A stretch of 63,973 bases of DNA, counting the filler, from Octopus bimaculoides (Eukaryota), in the NCBI RefSeq assembly GCF_001194135.2. It is 6 parts of 5 records of this genome, joined end to end, with 100 filler letters (N's around TTAATTAATTAA, not from the genome) between each part and the next. Parts side by side here need not be neighbours in the genome. Positions count along the whole stretch, not along the records: positions 1 to 11,963 come from NC_069007.1; 5 more parts are not named here. The stretch is one strand, 5' to 3'. The translations under genes and the position numbers were made by a program. The notes under the pieces were generated by a model. It did not search any database. It was not told where the DNA came from and was given only the letters and a program-made list of their open reading frames with translations. Each line of letters starts with the position of its first letter. Within the stretch, counting starts at the first letter, position 1. This document shows positions 1-11,804 of this stretch, piece after piece.

Positions 1-112
1 ACACACACACACATATATACAGAGACAGAGAGAAAGAGGGAGAGAAAGGGATATGCTCATGCATACATACATACATATATATATATGTGTACCACTCATC
101 TGTATTAATATG

Positions 113-143
<31 letters not shown>

Positions 144-153
144 ATGAACAGAC

Positions 154-438
154 ATGCTGTGTACGAACAGCCATGCTTGTGTACGAACAGCCATGCTACA
201 TGGCAGTGAAACATGGGCTGTGACTGCTGAGGACATGCGTAAGCTTGCAAGGAATGAAGCCAGTATGCTCCGCTGGATGTGTAATGTAAACGTGCATACC
301 CGTCAGAGTGTAAGTATCTTGAGAGAAAAGCTGAACATAAGAAGCATCAGTAGTGGTGTGCAAGAGAGACGATTGCGCTGGTTTGGACATGTGGTGAGAA
401 TGAATGCGGATAGCTGCGTGAAAAAGTGCCACTCCCTA
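154..438 (+). mobile_element. RTE-clade LINE, C-terminal ORF fragment (3' end lost in gap)
   Basis: Translation AMLHGSETWAVTAEDMRKLARNEASMLRWMC...ERRLRWFGHVVRM matches the conserved RTE post-RT motifs (YGSETW, RLRWFGHV). Near-identical to 38456-38806. Confidence 0.9.
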
Positions 439-1069
439 NNNNNNNNNNNNNNNNNNNNNNNNNNNNNNNNNNNNNNNNNNNNNNNNNNNNNNNNNNNNNN
501 NNNNNNNNNNNNNNNNNNNNNNNNNNNNNNNNNNNNNNNNNNNNNNNNNNNNNNNNNNNNNNNNNNNNNNNNNNNNNNNNNNNNNNNNNNNNNNNNNNNN
601 NNNNNNNNNNNNNNNNNNNNNNNNNNNNNNNNNNNNNNNNNNNNNNNNNNNNNNNNNNNNNNNNNNNNNNNNNNNNNNNNNNNNNNNNNNNNNNNNNNNN
701 NNNNNNNNNNNNNNNNNNNNNNNNNNNNNNNNNNNNNNNNNNNNNNNNNNNNNNNNNNNNNNNNNNNNNNNNNNNNNNNNNNNNNNNNNNNNNNNNNNNN
801 NNNNNNNNNNNNNNNNNNNNNNNNNNNNNNNNNNNNNNNNNNNNNNNNNNNNNNNNNNNNNNNNNNNNNNNNNNNNNNNNNNNNNNNNNNNNNNNNNNNN
901 NNNNNNNNNNNNNNNNNNNNNNNNNNNNNNNNNNNNNNNNNNNNNNNNNNNNNNNNNNNNNNNNNNNNNNNNNNNNNNNNNNNNNNNNNNNNNNNNNNNN
1001 NNNNNNNNNNNNNNNNNNNNNNNNNNNNNNNNNNNNNNNNNNNNNNNNNNNNNNNNNNNNNNNNNNNNN

Positions 1070-1272
1070 ATCATCATCATCATCATCGTTTAACGTCTGC
1101 GTTCCATGCTAGCATGGGTTGGACGATTTGACTGAGGACTGATGAAACCAGATGGCTGCACCAGGCTCCAATCTGATCTGGCAGAACTTCTACAGCTGGA
1201 TGCCCTTCCTAACGCCAACCACTCCGAGAGTGTAGTGGGTGCTTTTATGTGCCACTGGCACGAGGGCCAGTC
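1070..1272 (-). mobile_element. SINE/non-autonomous element with RTE-type tail
   Basis: Reverse complement of the block TGGTTGGCGTTAGGAAGGGCATCCAGCTGTAGAA...CCAACCCATGCTAGCATGGAA..ACGTTAAACG(ATG)n, also seen at 15560-15725 and 35065-35122. Confidence 0.8.
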
Positions 1273-1419
1273 AGGTGGTACTGCTATTTTACTGGATACT
1301 GGATGGTTTCCTTGTTGAAGCTCCTAGGAGCCTGTTCGCAGGTCCTCTTCCACTAGTACAATTGATTTGTCGTGTGTGATACAACACTTCGACAGTTGTA
1401 GCTAATCGTAACAGACAGG

Positions 1420-1750
1420 GTCAAATTTTGCAGGAAGCTCCCTCCAGTGTGCACCAAGCCTGTTCTTGAAGGCATTGACTGATGGAGCTACGACCGCATT
1501 GTTTGGCAGACTGTTCCATGTGGCGGTCGCACGCTGTAGGAAAAAGCAGCTTCTCATGTTGTGCGTGCAGTGTGATCTTTCTAATTCTCAGGCTGTGTCC
1601 TCTCGTATTTCTGCCTTGGAAGTAGTTCAATTTGGGGGCGTTGTTGGTCAGGTACAGGCCGTGCATATGTTTATACATGTTGATTGTATCCCCTCTATTT
1701 TAAATAAATACTTTTATTATAAATCTTCCAATACATCATTCTCTTTCTAA
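1420..1750 (-). mobile_element. CR1-type LINE 3' fragment
   Basis: Minus-strand frames give NTRGHSLRIRK and WNSLPNNAVVAPSVNAFKNRLGAHW, the typical CR1 ORF2 C-terminus (TRGH...WNxLPxxVVxAxSxxxFKxRLD). Frameshifted. Confidence 0.8.
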
Positions 1751-1930
1751 AAAGTTAGTGATAATTGAATTTCATGGAATGGATCCTGAGTGCTCCGTAC
1801 GGAATTTACACAAAAACAGAAACAGCAAATGATCCAGCCATGTGGGAATATTACGAACTCGATGCTCAACCGAAAAAAATTAAATATAGAGTTATGTCCC
1901 TTATCCCAGAGAGAGGGAGAACTCCATTGC

Positions 1931-1962
<32 letters not shown>

Positions 1963-2509
1963 ATGTACAGGGTGGCCTGTAAGTCCCTATCCGTCTATAT
2001 ATTATCTTCAATTAAGCTTGTATTATAAAGTCTTTAAACAATAACCTGCTGCTATGTCAAGGGAAATGTCTCACAGAACATGGGTTGCATAATATACAGC
2101 AAGAATGAGGAACAGCACACATATATATACTGGATACATAAGATATACGGAGGGGTAGGGACTTAAGGGCCACCCTCGCCCTGTCTGTATGTATATCCTT
2201 CTCTTATTAATTTACAATATATTTTTGACAGGCCACCTCCTTGGTAGCAAGGTTGTGAAGGAAAGTGTCTTGTTTTTGTTCATCGTCCTTTAAATTTTAA
2301 GATGTGACAGATTTTTATACTCCCATATATTGTGGTCATTTGTTGTGCATGAATGAACGGTAAATAAATGCTAAAAGAATGTATTTTCAAATCCTTTATT
2401 CACTGCATTTGCTTATATTTAAAATAAATTGTATTAAAGATTTTCAATGCCTGTCAAAAGTCACTGCTATGGTCCCTGTAAGAAGTGAGAAATGTTGGTA
2501 CTTCTACTG

Positions 2510-2713
2510 TTGACCCTTTAGCATTTAAACCGGCCATATCTGTTCTACCTGTTTATGTTCCAACAAGCCAGAGTTGACCTCTTACACCTGCCCTACAATG
2601 TCACTCTAAAAGCAAACAATCACGTCTTCAAAATTTGAAAACTGTGAGAGAATGCATGACAAATTGAAAGTAACATCACATTCAACAGAATAATCTGCAT
2701 GATAAAGGGTCAA
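2510..2713. mobile_element. MITE with piggyBac-like termini
   Basis: Terminal inverted repeat TTGACCCTTTA (2510-2520) / TAAAGGGTCAA (2703-2713). The body is homologous to 34611-34795, which starts TTAACCCTTT. Confidence 0.65.
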
Positions 2714-2744
2714 GTCACAATTTACAGAGAAGGACCCACAACTA

Positions 2745-3228
2745 TCAATGGGATTGCTTTGTCCCCTTATGAACACGTTTATGAGAAGTCAATTTACCAT
2801 GTTGAGTGAATGACCTACCACAGATATCACAGTGATATGGCTTCTCTCCTGTATGGAAACGTTTGTGAGTAGCTAAGTTGCCACTTTGAGAGAATGATTT
2901 ACCACAGATATCACAGTGATATGGTGACTCTCCTGTATGGAAACGTTTGTGCCTGGTGACGAGTATGGCTGAAGGGAATGATTTACCACAGACACCACAA
3001 TGATACAGCTTCTCTCCTGCATGAATATGTCTGTGACTAATTAAGTTACTGCTTACAGAAAAGGATTTACCACAAATGTCACAGTGATATGGCTTCTCCC
3101 CTGTATGAATACGTTTATGATAAGTTAAAGCACTTTTGCAAGAAAGTGAATTACCACAGATATTACAGGAATATGGTGTCTCTCCTGTATGAATACATTT
3201 GTGAAAAGTTAAAGTACTTTGGTGAGAA
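2745..3228 (-). CDS. C2H2 (Kruppel-type) zinc-finger array, 3' part of gene; upstream part lost in the 351-N gap
   Basis: Five complete CxxC-x12-HxxxH fingers plus a partial one, with TGEKPY-type linkers, an uninterrupted frame and a stop at 2745-2747. Confidence 0.93.
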
Positions 3229-3579
3229 NNNNNNNNNNNNNNNNNNNNNNNNNNNNNNNNNNNNNNNNNNNNNNNNNNNNNNNNNNNNNNNNNNNNNNNN
3301 NNNNNNNNNNNNNNNNNNNNNNNNNNNNNNNNNNNNNNNNNNNNNNNNNNNNNNNNNNNNNNNNNNNNNNNNNNNNNNNNNNNNNNNNNNNNNNNNNNNN
3401 NNNNNNNNNNNNNNNNNNNNNNNNNNNNNNNNNNNNNNNNNNNNNNNNNNNNNNNNNNNNNNNNNNNNNNNNNNNNNNNNNNNNNNNNNNNNNNNNNNNN
3501 NNNNNNNNNNNNNNNNNNNNNNNNNNNNNNNNNNNNNNNNNNNNNNNNNNNNNNNNNNNNNNNNNNNNNNNNNNNNNNN

Positions 3580-3615
<36 letters not shown>

Positions 3616-4158
3616 GCATTTTGGACTAATAGGTATAATTCGATTAGTGTATTTAAATGTTGCATAGAGCACCAATACAGTTTAGGCTGCCTGTTGTCAT
3701 CTGCAGTTGTGGCATATTTCCATTGGATCTACTTCAAGAACTTGGTCGTGTCAGTTAGGGGAATATTAATTAAGTAACAAGAAGATGGATTTGGTATTGA
3801 ATTTTATTCTACACTACATTCGTTTCAACCTGTCCTTGTATTGCCCTTTATGTGTGCAACTCCGTTCAACGTGTTGTGTTGCATAATTTTGCAGTTTGGT
3901 TCTCATCAGGTACATCGATAAAGTTGTGTCTCGGTAAAGATCTTGAGTGCCGGCTGCCATGTTGTTATATGCCCATCTAGTTAGGGGAACGAATGTTGTA
4001 CAGAATGAAGTTTAATATCAAACCCTTCTTCTCATTACTTAATATATATATATATGAATTAGAATGATTATAAAACCTAGATTTCCAAATTGTAGCAGAT
4101 GCACCAATATATATATGTATGCATGTGTGTATGTATATATATATATACATATTATCTT

Positions 4159-4199
<41 letters not shown>

Positions 4200-4206
4200 A
4201 TACTTT

Positions 4207-4357
4207 ATTTAAAAGCAGCAGAAATATGACGAAAGACTGTAACTCGGAGTTTTACGTTCCCAATCATCGGACAGTTTTGTTAGACAAAACTGTCCGATGA
4301 ACGGGAACATGGAACTCCAAGTAACAGTCTTTTGTTATATTTCTGCTACTTTTAAAT
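4207..4357. repeat. Long inverted repeat (~74-bp arms, 3-nt loop) of PLE-type terminal sequence; each arm carries a hammerhead-like motif
   Basis: Arms are complementary around TAG at 4281-4283. The plus arm reads actgt-CCGATGA-acgggaacat-GGAA-ctccaag-TA-acagt (4289-4328); the mirror copy is at 4236-4275. Confidence 0.75.
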
Positions 4358-5358
4358 AAAGCATATTACTCTACCTCTGGTATTTGAGTACTCTTTTTTC
4401 CACCTTGTTGCACATTTTATGTGCTTACTCCGGTATCTATCTATCTATCTATATATATATATATACACACACACACACATACATATATAATATATATATT
4501 ATATTATATATGGTAATCATGCTATTCATGTTTAATGCCAATCAGGAACCATGAGAACCTCGTATTAAGTAATTAAAAAAAAAGTAATTATGCGAATTTT
4601 ATACATTTTTTTTTCTTTACAATTTCCCTTTTTCAAATTCAGATTTTTAATCCCGCCTAATTTTATGAAGAAATTATTATTTCTCCTGAAAAGCTGCCAT
4701 CTCAAAGGACCAAAAGCATGTCTACTCACATACATTTATTCATACAGGCACAAAGATATGTACATATATAATTTTATACACACGTTTGTGAAAGTGCATG
4801 TATATATACGAACACGGGCACATGCATGTGTGTATGTGTGTGTGTGTGTAAACGTATCCATATATACATACATGCAAACATTCATACACATGCACACGTA
4901 TGTATATGTATGTTTTTGTGAATATAAATATACAATTACAAACGTACGTATATGTACACACATACACACGCATATATATATTCATAGACAAACATATAGC
5001 CATGCCCCCCCCCACACACACATATGCACAGAGGCACAGAGGCACGTATATATTGCAGGTAAATGAATGAATACATATGCTCGTGCGCCTGTGGGTATGT
5101 CAGATATGTTGTGTTTGGTATCTGGTTACGTGAGTTCATGCAATATGTGATGACAGTGTGGAGGTGAAGTCGGTAATGTTTCTACATGTCTATTGTGATC
5201 GGATGCTTTGCCAAAAAAGCAGACGATACAATCCGCCATTTTGATGGGGTCATTATTTAACGTTTTAGTTATTTCAAATTTATGGGAATATGTCTGTCTT
5301 CCTTTGTCTGTCTGTCTGTCTCTCTCTCTCTATCTATCTAGCTATCTACCTATCTATC

Positions 5359-5389
<31 letters not shown>

Positions 5390-5392
5390 CTA

Positions 5393-5423
<31 letters not shown>

Positions 5424-5723
5424 TTATCTATCTATCTATCTATCTAATGACCAATCGACGAACCAACGTATTTGCTAACATACGCATTTATTTATACCTC
5501 TATGTATGTATTTATGTAGCTGTCTATGTTTTTCTAACTGTCTGTCTGCCTGTCTGTCAGCCTGTCCATCTGTCTGGGTCTGTGCGTGTGTATGCATATA
5601 TGTGTGCATGTAGGCACATGTGAGTGTGCCTGTGTGCACGCGGTGCACGTGTGTATATGTTTTTATATGACTATATAATCTAATATATCTCCCCATTACT
5701 TTCTCCTAGTCTTCTTCACACAC

Positions 5724-5759
<36 letters not shown>

Positions 5760-6085
5760 NNNNNNNNNNNNNNNNNNNNNNNNNNNNNNNNNNNNNNNNN
5801 NNNNNNNNNNNNNNNNNNNNNNNNNNNNNNNNNNNNNNNNNNNNNNNNNNNNNNNNNNNNNNNNNNNNNNNNNNNNNNNNNNNNNNNNNNNNNNNNNNNN
5901 NNNNNNNNNNNNNNNNNNNNNNNNNNNNNNNNNNNNNNNNNNNNNNNNNNNNNNNNNNNNNNNNNNNNNNNNNNNNNNNNNNNNNNNNNNNNNNNNNNNN
6001 NNNNNNNNNNNNNNNNNNNNNNNNNNNNNNNNNNNNNNNNNNNNNNNNNNNNNNNNNNNNNNNNNNNNNNNNNNNNNNNNNNNNN

Positions 6086-6178
<93 letters not shown>

Positions 6179-6759
6179 GCACATCTGTCTCTGTGATTGC
6201 GTGTGCGTATATGTATATATATTATGTACGTGCGTGTGTGCGTGTGCACGTGTGTTTATGTTTACCAGTAAGTTGTTACAATATTGGAAGGTGAATGCAT
6301 CCAGCTCTTATCTCTAGCTCAACCTAGCCCTACATTAAGTTGGGTGGAGTTTCAATTCGTATTTCAAAGCTGTAAGGCACATACAGATCATATGTCTAAC
6401 TATGCACTTATGCACATAGTTCTTCTGTAATTGCAGTTGCAATCTCTAAGAAAATCAAACGTTAGTCTACCGAAATTTAACCCTGCACCGGAATACGTTT
6501 TTGCTATCATCGCCAAAAATTCCAGACGAGTTCTCAGTTCACCATCCTGTTTCAATTTACAGTTGCAAAATAGAGCGATGCTAGTTTAAATTAATGCTTC
6601 ACCTGGATATGTTAAGGCTATTCACAGTAAAAATAACAAACTAGATCAGATTTTGATATACTCTCAGAATATATTTCAATATTCTTTTGCAAATAAATAT
6701 TGCGTCATATTGTTTACACCTTGCGATTGATCATGAATGTTTGATATTTACAAAAATAG

Positions 6760-7030
6760 AGGAGTTCTTTCGAAGGATCTCTGGAGAAACGTTACACGAC
6801 AGGATGTGTATCTCGCAGATTAGCGAATCTCTCCAGGTCAAGCCGTTACGTCTTGGCATTGAGGAGTCACAACTCTGGTACTACCGATATGTAATTAGAA
6901 TGTCACAGGAATTTGCGCAAGGCAGATTCTTCAAGCTTCACTGACCGGCAGGAGACCTAGCAATAGATCAAGAGCGAAATGGTTGGATAATATCCATAAA
7001 CCAGTTGGTCACGCATAGGAATCCAACTTC
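6760..7030 (+). mobile_element. Old RTE-clade LINE C-terminal remnant
   Basis: EEFFRRISGETLHDRMCISQISESLQVKPLRLGIEESQLWYYRYVIRM resembles the RTE consensus FLRRIxGxTxxDRxRNxxIRExLxVxP...QLRWYGHVxRM. Confidence 0.7.
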
Positions 7031-7089
7031 ATTCATATGTAATGACGGTTACTTCTGATCGGACCCTATGGAGGAATTACTCGAGGACC

Positions 7090-7640
7090 TTCCCAAGAAC
7101 ATTCAGCGGAGACGATAGGTGGATGGATTGACTGTCAGAACAAAATTGCAGAGAAGTTCTAAAGTTGCCATCTTTGTGGTTATAGTTGCAAAGTTATGAG
7201 AAAGTATAACAATAATCTGCCGTAAATTAATATTGTTGCAGACGATATTAATGCTGCCACTGCAAAATATTGATTTCAAATTTTGGCATAAGACCAGCTA
7301 GTTCGGTGGAGTAAGTAGATTACATCAACCTCAGTGTTCAACTGGTACTTATTTTATCGACCCCGAAAGGAAGAAAGGCAAAGTCGACCTCGGCGGAATT
7401 TGAACTCGGAACGCAAAGACGGGCGAAATACCAGTAAGCATTTGCTCGGCATGTTAAACAATTTTGCCAGCTCGCCGTCTTACCATTACCATGCTGCTTT
7501 GATTTGTGGTTGTACTTGAAAAGTTATGAGAAAATAACGATTGCTTGACATAAATTAATATTGCAGCAGATAATATTAATGATACCATAGCAAAGAATGG
7601 CAAACTTCGAACAAATAAGGCTGTCTGTTTTGCGAATCTT
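7090..7640 (-). repeat. Degenerate ~130-bp tandem repeat array (first block), interrupted by a SINE
   Basis: Recurring TTTGTGGTT...AAGTTATGAGAAA...TAAATTAATATTG...GCAGACGATATTAATG. AGACGATA occurs at 7110 and 7240. Confidence 0.7.
7270..7480 (-). mobile_element. tRNA-derived SINE family 1 (central CCTTTCATCCTTTCGGGGTCGATAAAATAAGTACCAG domain, Meta/MESC-like)
   Basis: Homologous to the plus-strand copy at 36238-36470, which has an A/B-box-like head (GGCGAGCTGGCAGAA...GAGTTCAAATTCC). Confidence 0.85.
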
Positions 7641-8324
7641 CCCCACAAGGGTAGCAATGATAGAATTTAGTTCAAAGAAATATTGTCTGTTTGATGCCAA
7701 GAAAATATTCGTTTGTTAACCTTGCTCAGTGTTTGATACGTTTTATTCATTGAGAAATCTGGGTAAGATGATGGCGGATTAAAGTTTGACTGTTTATCTC
7801 GTGATTCTTACACATGTAAAAATTAACACTTTCTTCTCCAAGCCTAAATTCGAGACCGAATCTAAGAATTCTCGGTCGCGAAAACAGGTTTTCTTTGTCC
7901 TATCAAAAAGGGATTGATTATCTCCCTTTGACCTACGATCTCAGCCATGTCAGACGAAGTTCAAATGGACAGGAGCTGATCTATTGAGGCACAATCTCTG
8001 CTGTAGTATGTCTGTCCTTCTAGCTGCTACTATTATTATAAATACCTGTGGTCTACAGACAGACGGGAGAAGAGAAGGCTCTAGCAGCCAAACGAGGAAC
8101 GTCTACGCCACAACAGCTTTTCTCAGAGACCAGAGCAATGTTCGAAGTTCCACGGTAGACTACTGTATCAGATGAGAACTATGTACACACACACACACAC
8201 ACACACACAAGCGAACATTCATTTCTGACACATCACCTCTACAGATGTACCCTGTTTCTATTTCTAGCAACTCGTAGCAGTTGACAACATTTTGCATGTA
8301 GTGAAGAATTATGTGTACCGATGA

Positions 8325-8580
8325 TAGTGGAGGCGAACCCTGCTGTACTCTTCCACCACAACTTTCTCTCACTCTTACTTCCTGTTTCTGTTGTACCTGT
8401 AATTCAAAGGGTCAACCTTGTCACACTGTGTCACGCTGAATATCCCCGAGAACTACGTTAAGGGTACACGTGTCTGTGGAGCGCTCAGCCACTTGCACGT
8501 TAATTTCACGAGCAGGCTGTTCTGTTGATCGGATCAACTGGAACACTCGTCGTCGCAACCGACGGAGTGCCAGTCACCAA
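8325..8580 (+). mobile_element. SINE family 3, 5'-truncated
   Basis: Matches the body and tail of copies at 29454, 43256, 45700 and 53230. Confidence 0.85.
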
Positions 8581-8699
8581 CGACACATTAAGTCCAGTGA
8601 ATAAATTATATTCAATTTTGAATCGATTCACACATTCCTTTTGCATCTGTTTACCATGATACACATCCAACCACTTCACACATATATTTTGTTTCACTT

Positions 8700-9060
8700 T
8701 TCACTAATTATTATAGTAGCAGACGATAAAACTTTAAAGACGCCATCTTTTTAGACTTGTGCTTGTACTCGAGTAACTGTAACGATAGTCTGCTGTGAAT
8801 TGATACTGCAGCAGACGATATTAATGCCATCATAGCAAAGAATGACAAACAGACTTTGAATTTCAGCATCTTGTTTCGATTTGTGGTTGCAATAAGTGGA
8901 AAGGTATGAGAAAATTAGACAATACTTGGACGTAAGTTAATACTGCATCTGACTATGTTTGACGTTGGTGCAACAGAACTTCTTTGCAAGCTCTGAATTT
9001 GTGACTTTGTTCTAATTTACTCTTGCAACTGGTTAAGTATGAGAAGATATGGCGATTAAC
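8700..9060 (-). repeat. Degenerate ~130-bp tandem repeat array (second block)
   Basis: GCAGACGATA at 8719 and 8811; TTTGTGGTTG near 8880; GTATGAGAA near 8905 and 9037. Same unit as 7090-7640. Confidence 0.7.
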
Positions 9061-9428
9061 TGAACTTGCTTTAACAGAACATTGGTGTAAATGTAAACAT
9101 ACTTAATATAGAGTGCACGATAAGGTTATTTATTTATATAATCAGTTTAAGCGCCCGTGTAACGAGAGTCAGTCATGACAGACTCGAGAAGGTCTTTGAT
9201 AACCGTTTCAGAAGAGAATAAACCAAGAATACGAACGTAAAAATCAGAAAGAAGAAAATGAAGGAACAACGAAGGTAAAAAAAAAGAAAGTTATATGTTT
9301 CTCTTCTCGAATCTTTTTATATTTTCAAAAAATTAAAACATCAAATACATGAAAATTCAGACTCTCGAAGATATATAATACCTCCAACACTGGCAGCTTT
9401 TTAAAGACCATTTATAGAACTCTCTCTC

Positions 9429-9581
9429 GGTAAATTTTCAGATTAACACCCGCACGATTTTCACTGGGGTTTTAGGGTCAGGTTTAGGGTTACGGTTAGG
9501 GAATTCCGTCTCTAACCGTAACGCTAACCCTAAACACTAACCCTAACACTGACATTAAACCCTAGTGAAAATTTGAAAATT

Positions 9582-9585
<4 letters not shown>
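9429..9585. mobile_element. Fold-back/MITE with telomere-like (TTAGGG/CCCTAA) inverted arms
   Basis: Perfect 12-bp TIR GGTAAATTTTCA/TGAAAATTTACC, an inner 16-bp IR with 1 mismatch, a central TTACGGTTAG/CTAACCGTAA stem, and TCTCTCTC on both flanks. Confidence 0.7.
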
Positions 9586-9620
<35 letters not shown>

Positions 9621-9844
9621 AGAGACTTATAACTGGCAATTGAAACAAATAACACTAAAAAGTTTCTGAATCGTCCCTAAAAGAGCAACAGAGGGTGATT
9701 CCATACAACCGAATAGTGATAGAATAACTAATTTCACTTCGGTGCACATGTATATGTGGTGTCTGCTCTAAGTATTGTGTCTTTCGTACAACTAGTAATA
9801 CTTAGAGGAAAAAATTATTATTTTAGCTAATGGATATAACTTTT

Positions 9845-10077
9845 ATCTTTTACTTGTTTTATTCATTCGACTGTGGCCATGCTGGGGCACTGCCTTGAGG
9901 GCGTTTTAGTCAAACAAATCAACCCCAGGACTTATTTTTTTTTAAAGCCAAGTAATTATTTTATCATACTCTTTTGCTGAACCGCTACATTACAGGGATG
10001 TAAACACACTAACACCAGTTGTGAAGCGGTGATGGGGAGGTGGGGGGGAAGCATAGACACAAAGACACAGACACACA

Positions 10078-10120
<43 letters not shown>

Positions 10121-10276
10121 GTGTGATGGGCTTCTTTCAGTTTCTCAATCAAATCCACTCAAGGTTTTGGTTGGCTTAAGGGTAAAGTAGAAGACACCTA
10201 AGGTGCCACACAGTGGGACTGAACATGGACACATGTGGTTGGAAAGTGAGCTTCTTACCACACAGTCACACCTGCA
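9845..10276 (-). mobile_element. tRNA-derived CORE-type SINE family 2, near full length
   Basis: Reverse complement of head GCAGGAGTGGCTGTGTGGTAAG, CORE-like GCACCTTGGGCAAGTGTCTT, an internal (TG)n and tail GACTGAAACAAGTAAAAG. Homologous to 35135-35530. Confidence 0.8.
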
Positions 10277-10278
10277 GC

Positions 10279-10309
<31 letters not shown>

Positions 10310-10360
10310 AGGCATATATATATTTGTAGGCATATATATATATATACACACACACACATA

Positions 10361-10515
10361 GGCGCAGGAGTGGTTGTGTGGTAAGTAGCTTGCTTACCAA
10401 CCTCATGATTCTGGATTCAATCCTACTGAGTGGCACCTTGGGTAAGTGTCTTCTGCTATAGTCTCAGGCTGACCAAAGCCTTGTGAGTGGATTTGGTACG
10501 CGGAAACTGAAAGAA
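10361..10515 (+). mobile_element. CORE-type SINE family 2 head (truncated by gap)
   Basis: GGCGCAGGAGTGGTTGTGTGGTAAGTAGC...GGCACCTTGGGTAAGTGTCTT...GGAAACTGAAAGAA. Confidence 0.85.
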
Positions 10516-10998
10516 NNNNNNNNNNNNNNNNNNNNNNNNNNNNNNNNNNNNNNNNNNNNNNNNNNNNNNNNNNNNNNNNNNNNNNNNNNNNNNNNNNNNN
10601 NNNNNNNNNNNNNNNNNNNNNNNNNNNNNNNNNNNNNNNNNNNNNNNNNNNNNNNNNNNNNNNNNNNNNNNNNNNNNNNNNNNNNNNNNNNNNNNNNNNN
10701 NNNNNNNNNNNNNNNNNNNNNNNNNNNNNNNNNNNNNNNNNNNNNNNNNNNNNNNNNNNNNNNNNNNNNNNNNNNNNNNNNNNNNNNNNNNNNNNNNNNN
10801 NNNNNNNNNNNNNNNNNNNNNNNNNNNNNNNNNNNNNNNNNNNNNNNNNNNNNNNNNNNNNNNNNNNNNNNNNNNNNNNNNNNNNNNNNNNNNNNNNNNN
10901 NNNNNNNNNNNNNNTATTTAAGATATTTTGTCTGACGAAAAAGCATCTTTCCCAGTGGAATTGTGGAATGGTGAATTTTCAATTTATCTCCAACCAAT

Positions 10999-11044
<46 letters not shown>

Positions 11045-11045
<1 letters not shown>

Positions 11046-11310
11046 CATTCTTACTATAGGCACAAGGCCTGAAATTATGGGGGAGGGGGCCAGTCGATTA
11101 GATTGACTCCAGTATGCAACTGGTACTTAATTTATTGACCCAGAAAGGATGAAAGGCAAAGCTGACTTCAGCAGNNNNNNNNNNTGACCCAGAAAGGATG
11201 AAAGGCAAAGCTGACTTCAGCAGAATTTGAACTCAGAACATAAAGACATGAAATGCCATTAAGCATTTTGCCCGGCATGCTAATGGTTCTGCCAGCTTGT
11301 CATCTTAAAT
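11045..11310 (-). mobile_element. SINE family 1
   Basis: Homologous to 36238 and 41110. An overlap duplication across the 10-N gap is probably an assembly artefact. Confidence 0.8.
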
Positions 11311-11332
11311 AATAATAATAATGATGATAATG

Positions 11333-11371
<39 letters not shown>

Positions 11372-11804
11372 GAGTTGAGACCTATATGCACTGGAAGCTA
11401 TGCCAACACTATAGAATAGCCACAGAAAAAAAGATGGCATAGGCACATGCCAGAAAAGGTCACAGAAAATGAGAAAGCAACCATACTATGTGATATGCCA
11501 ATACACACAGACAGAGAAATTAAGGCCAATAGGCCAGATATAGTTATCAGAGATCATCAAGAAAAAATATATGCAATTCAAAATAAACAATAATAAACCA
11601 TAAAATAAATTTTTATTTTTCAAAATGAAATAAAGCCAACAATAAGATGCCACGCAATAACCAGCATTTGGGTATGAATAATTGGGTACACTACCAGCAG
11701 TATATTGGATAGGCACTATCCCTTGGTTGGTTTTCCAACCTCTAACTCTCAAAGAAATATATATATATACATATCTATATATATATATAGATAGGCATAT
11801 ATAT

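Noticed and set aside
154-195. ~20-bp direct duplication at the RTE 5' junction
   Set aside because: An ordinary 5'-truncation or slippage feature.
2045-2220. Possible GIY-YIG-like remnant (GKCLTE..IIY)
   Set aside because: Needs frameshifts and the match is too short to support.
11145-11225. Direct repeat TGACCCAGAAAGGATGAAAGGC... across a 10-N gap
   Set aside because: Most likely an unmerged contig overlap.
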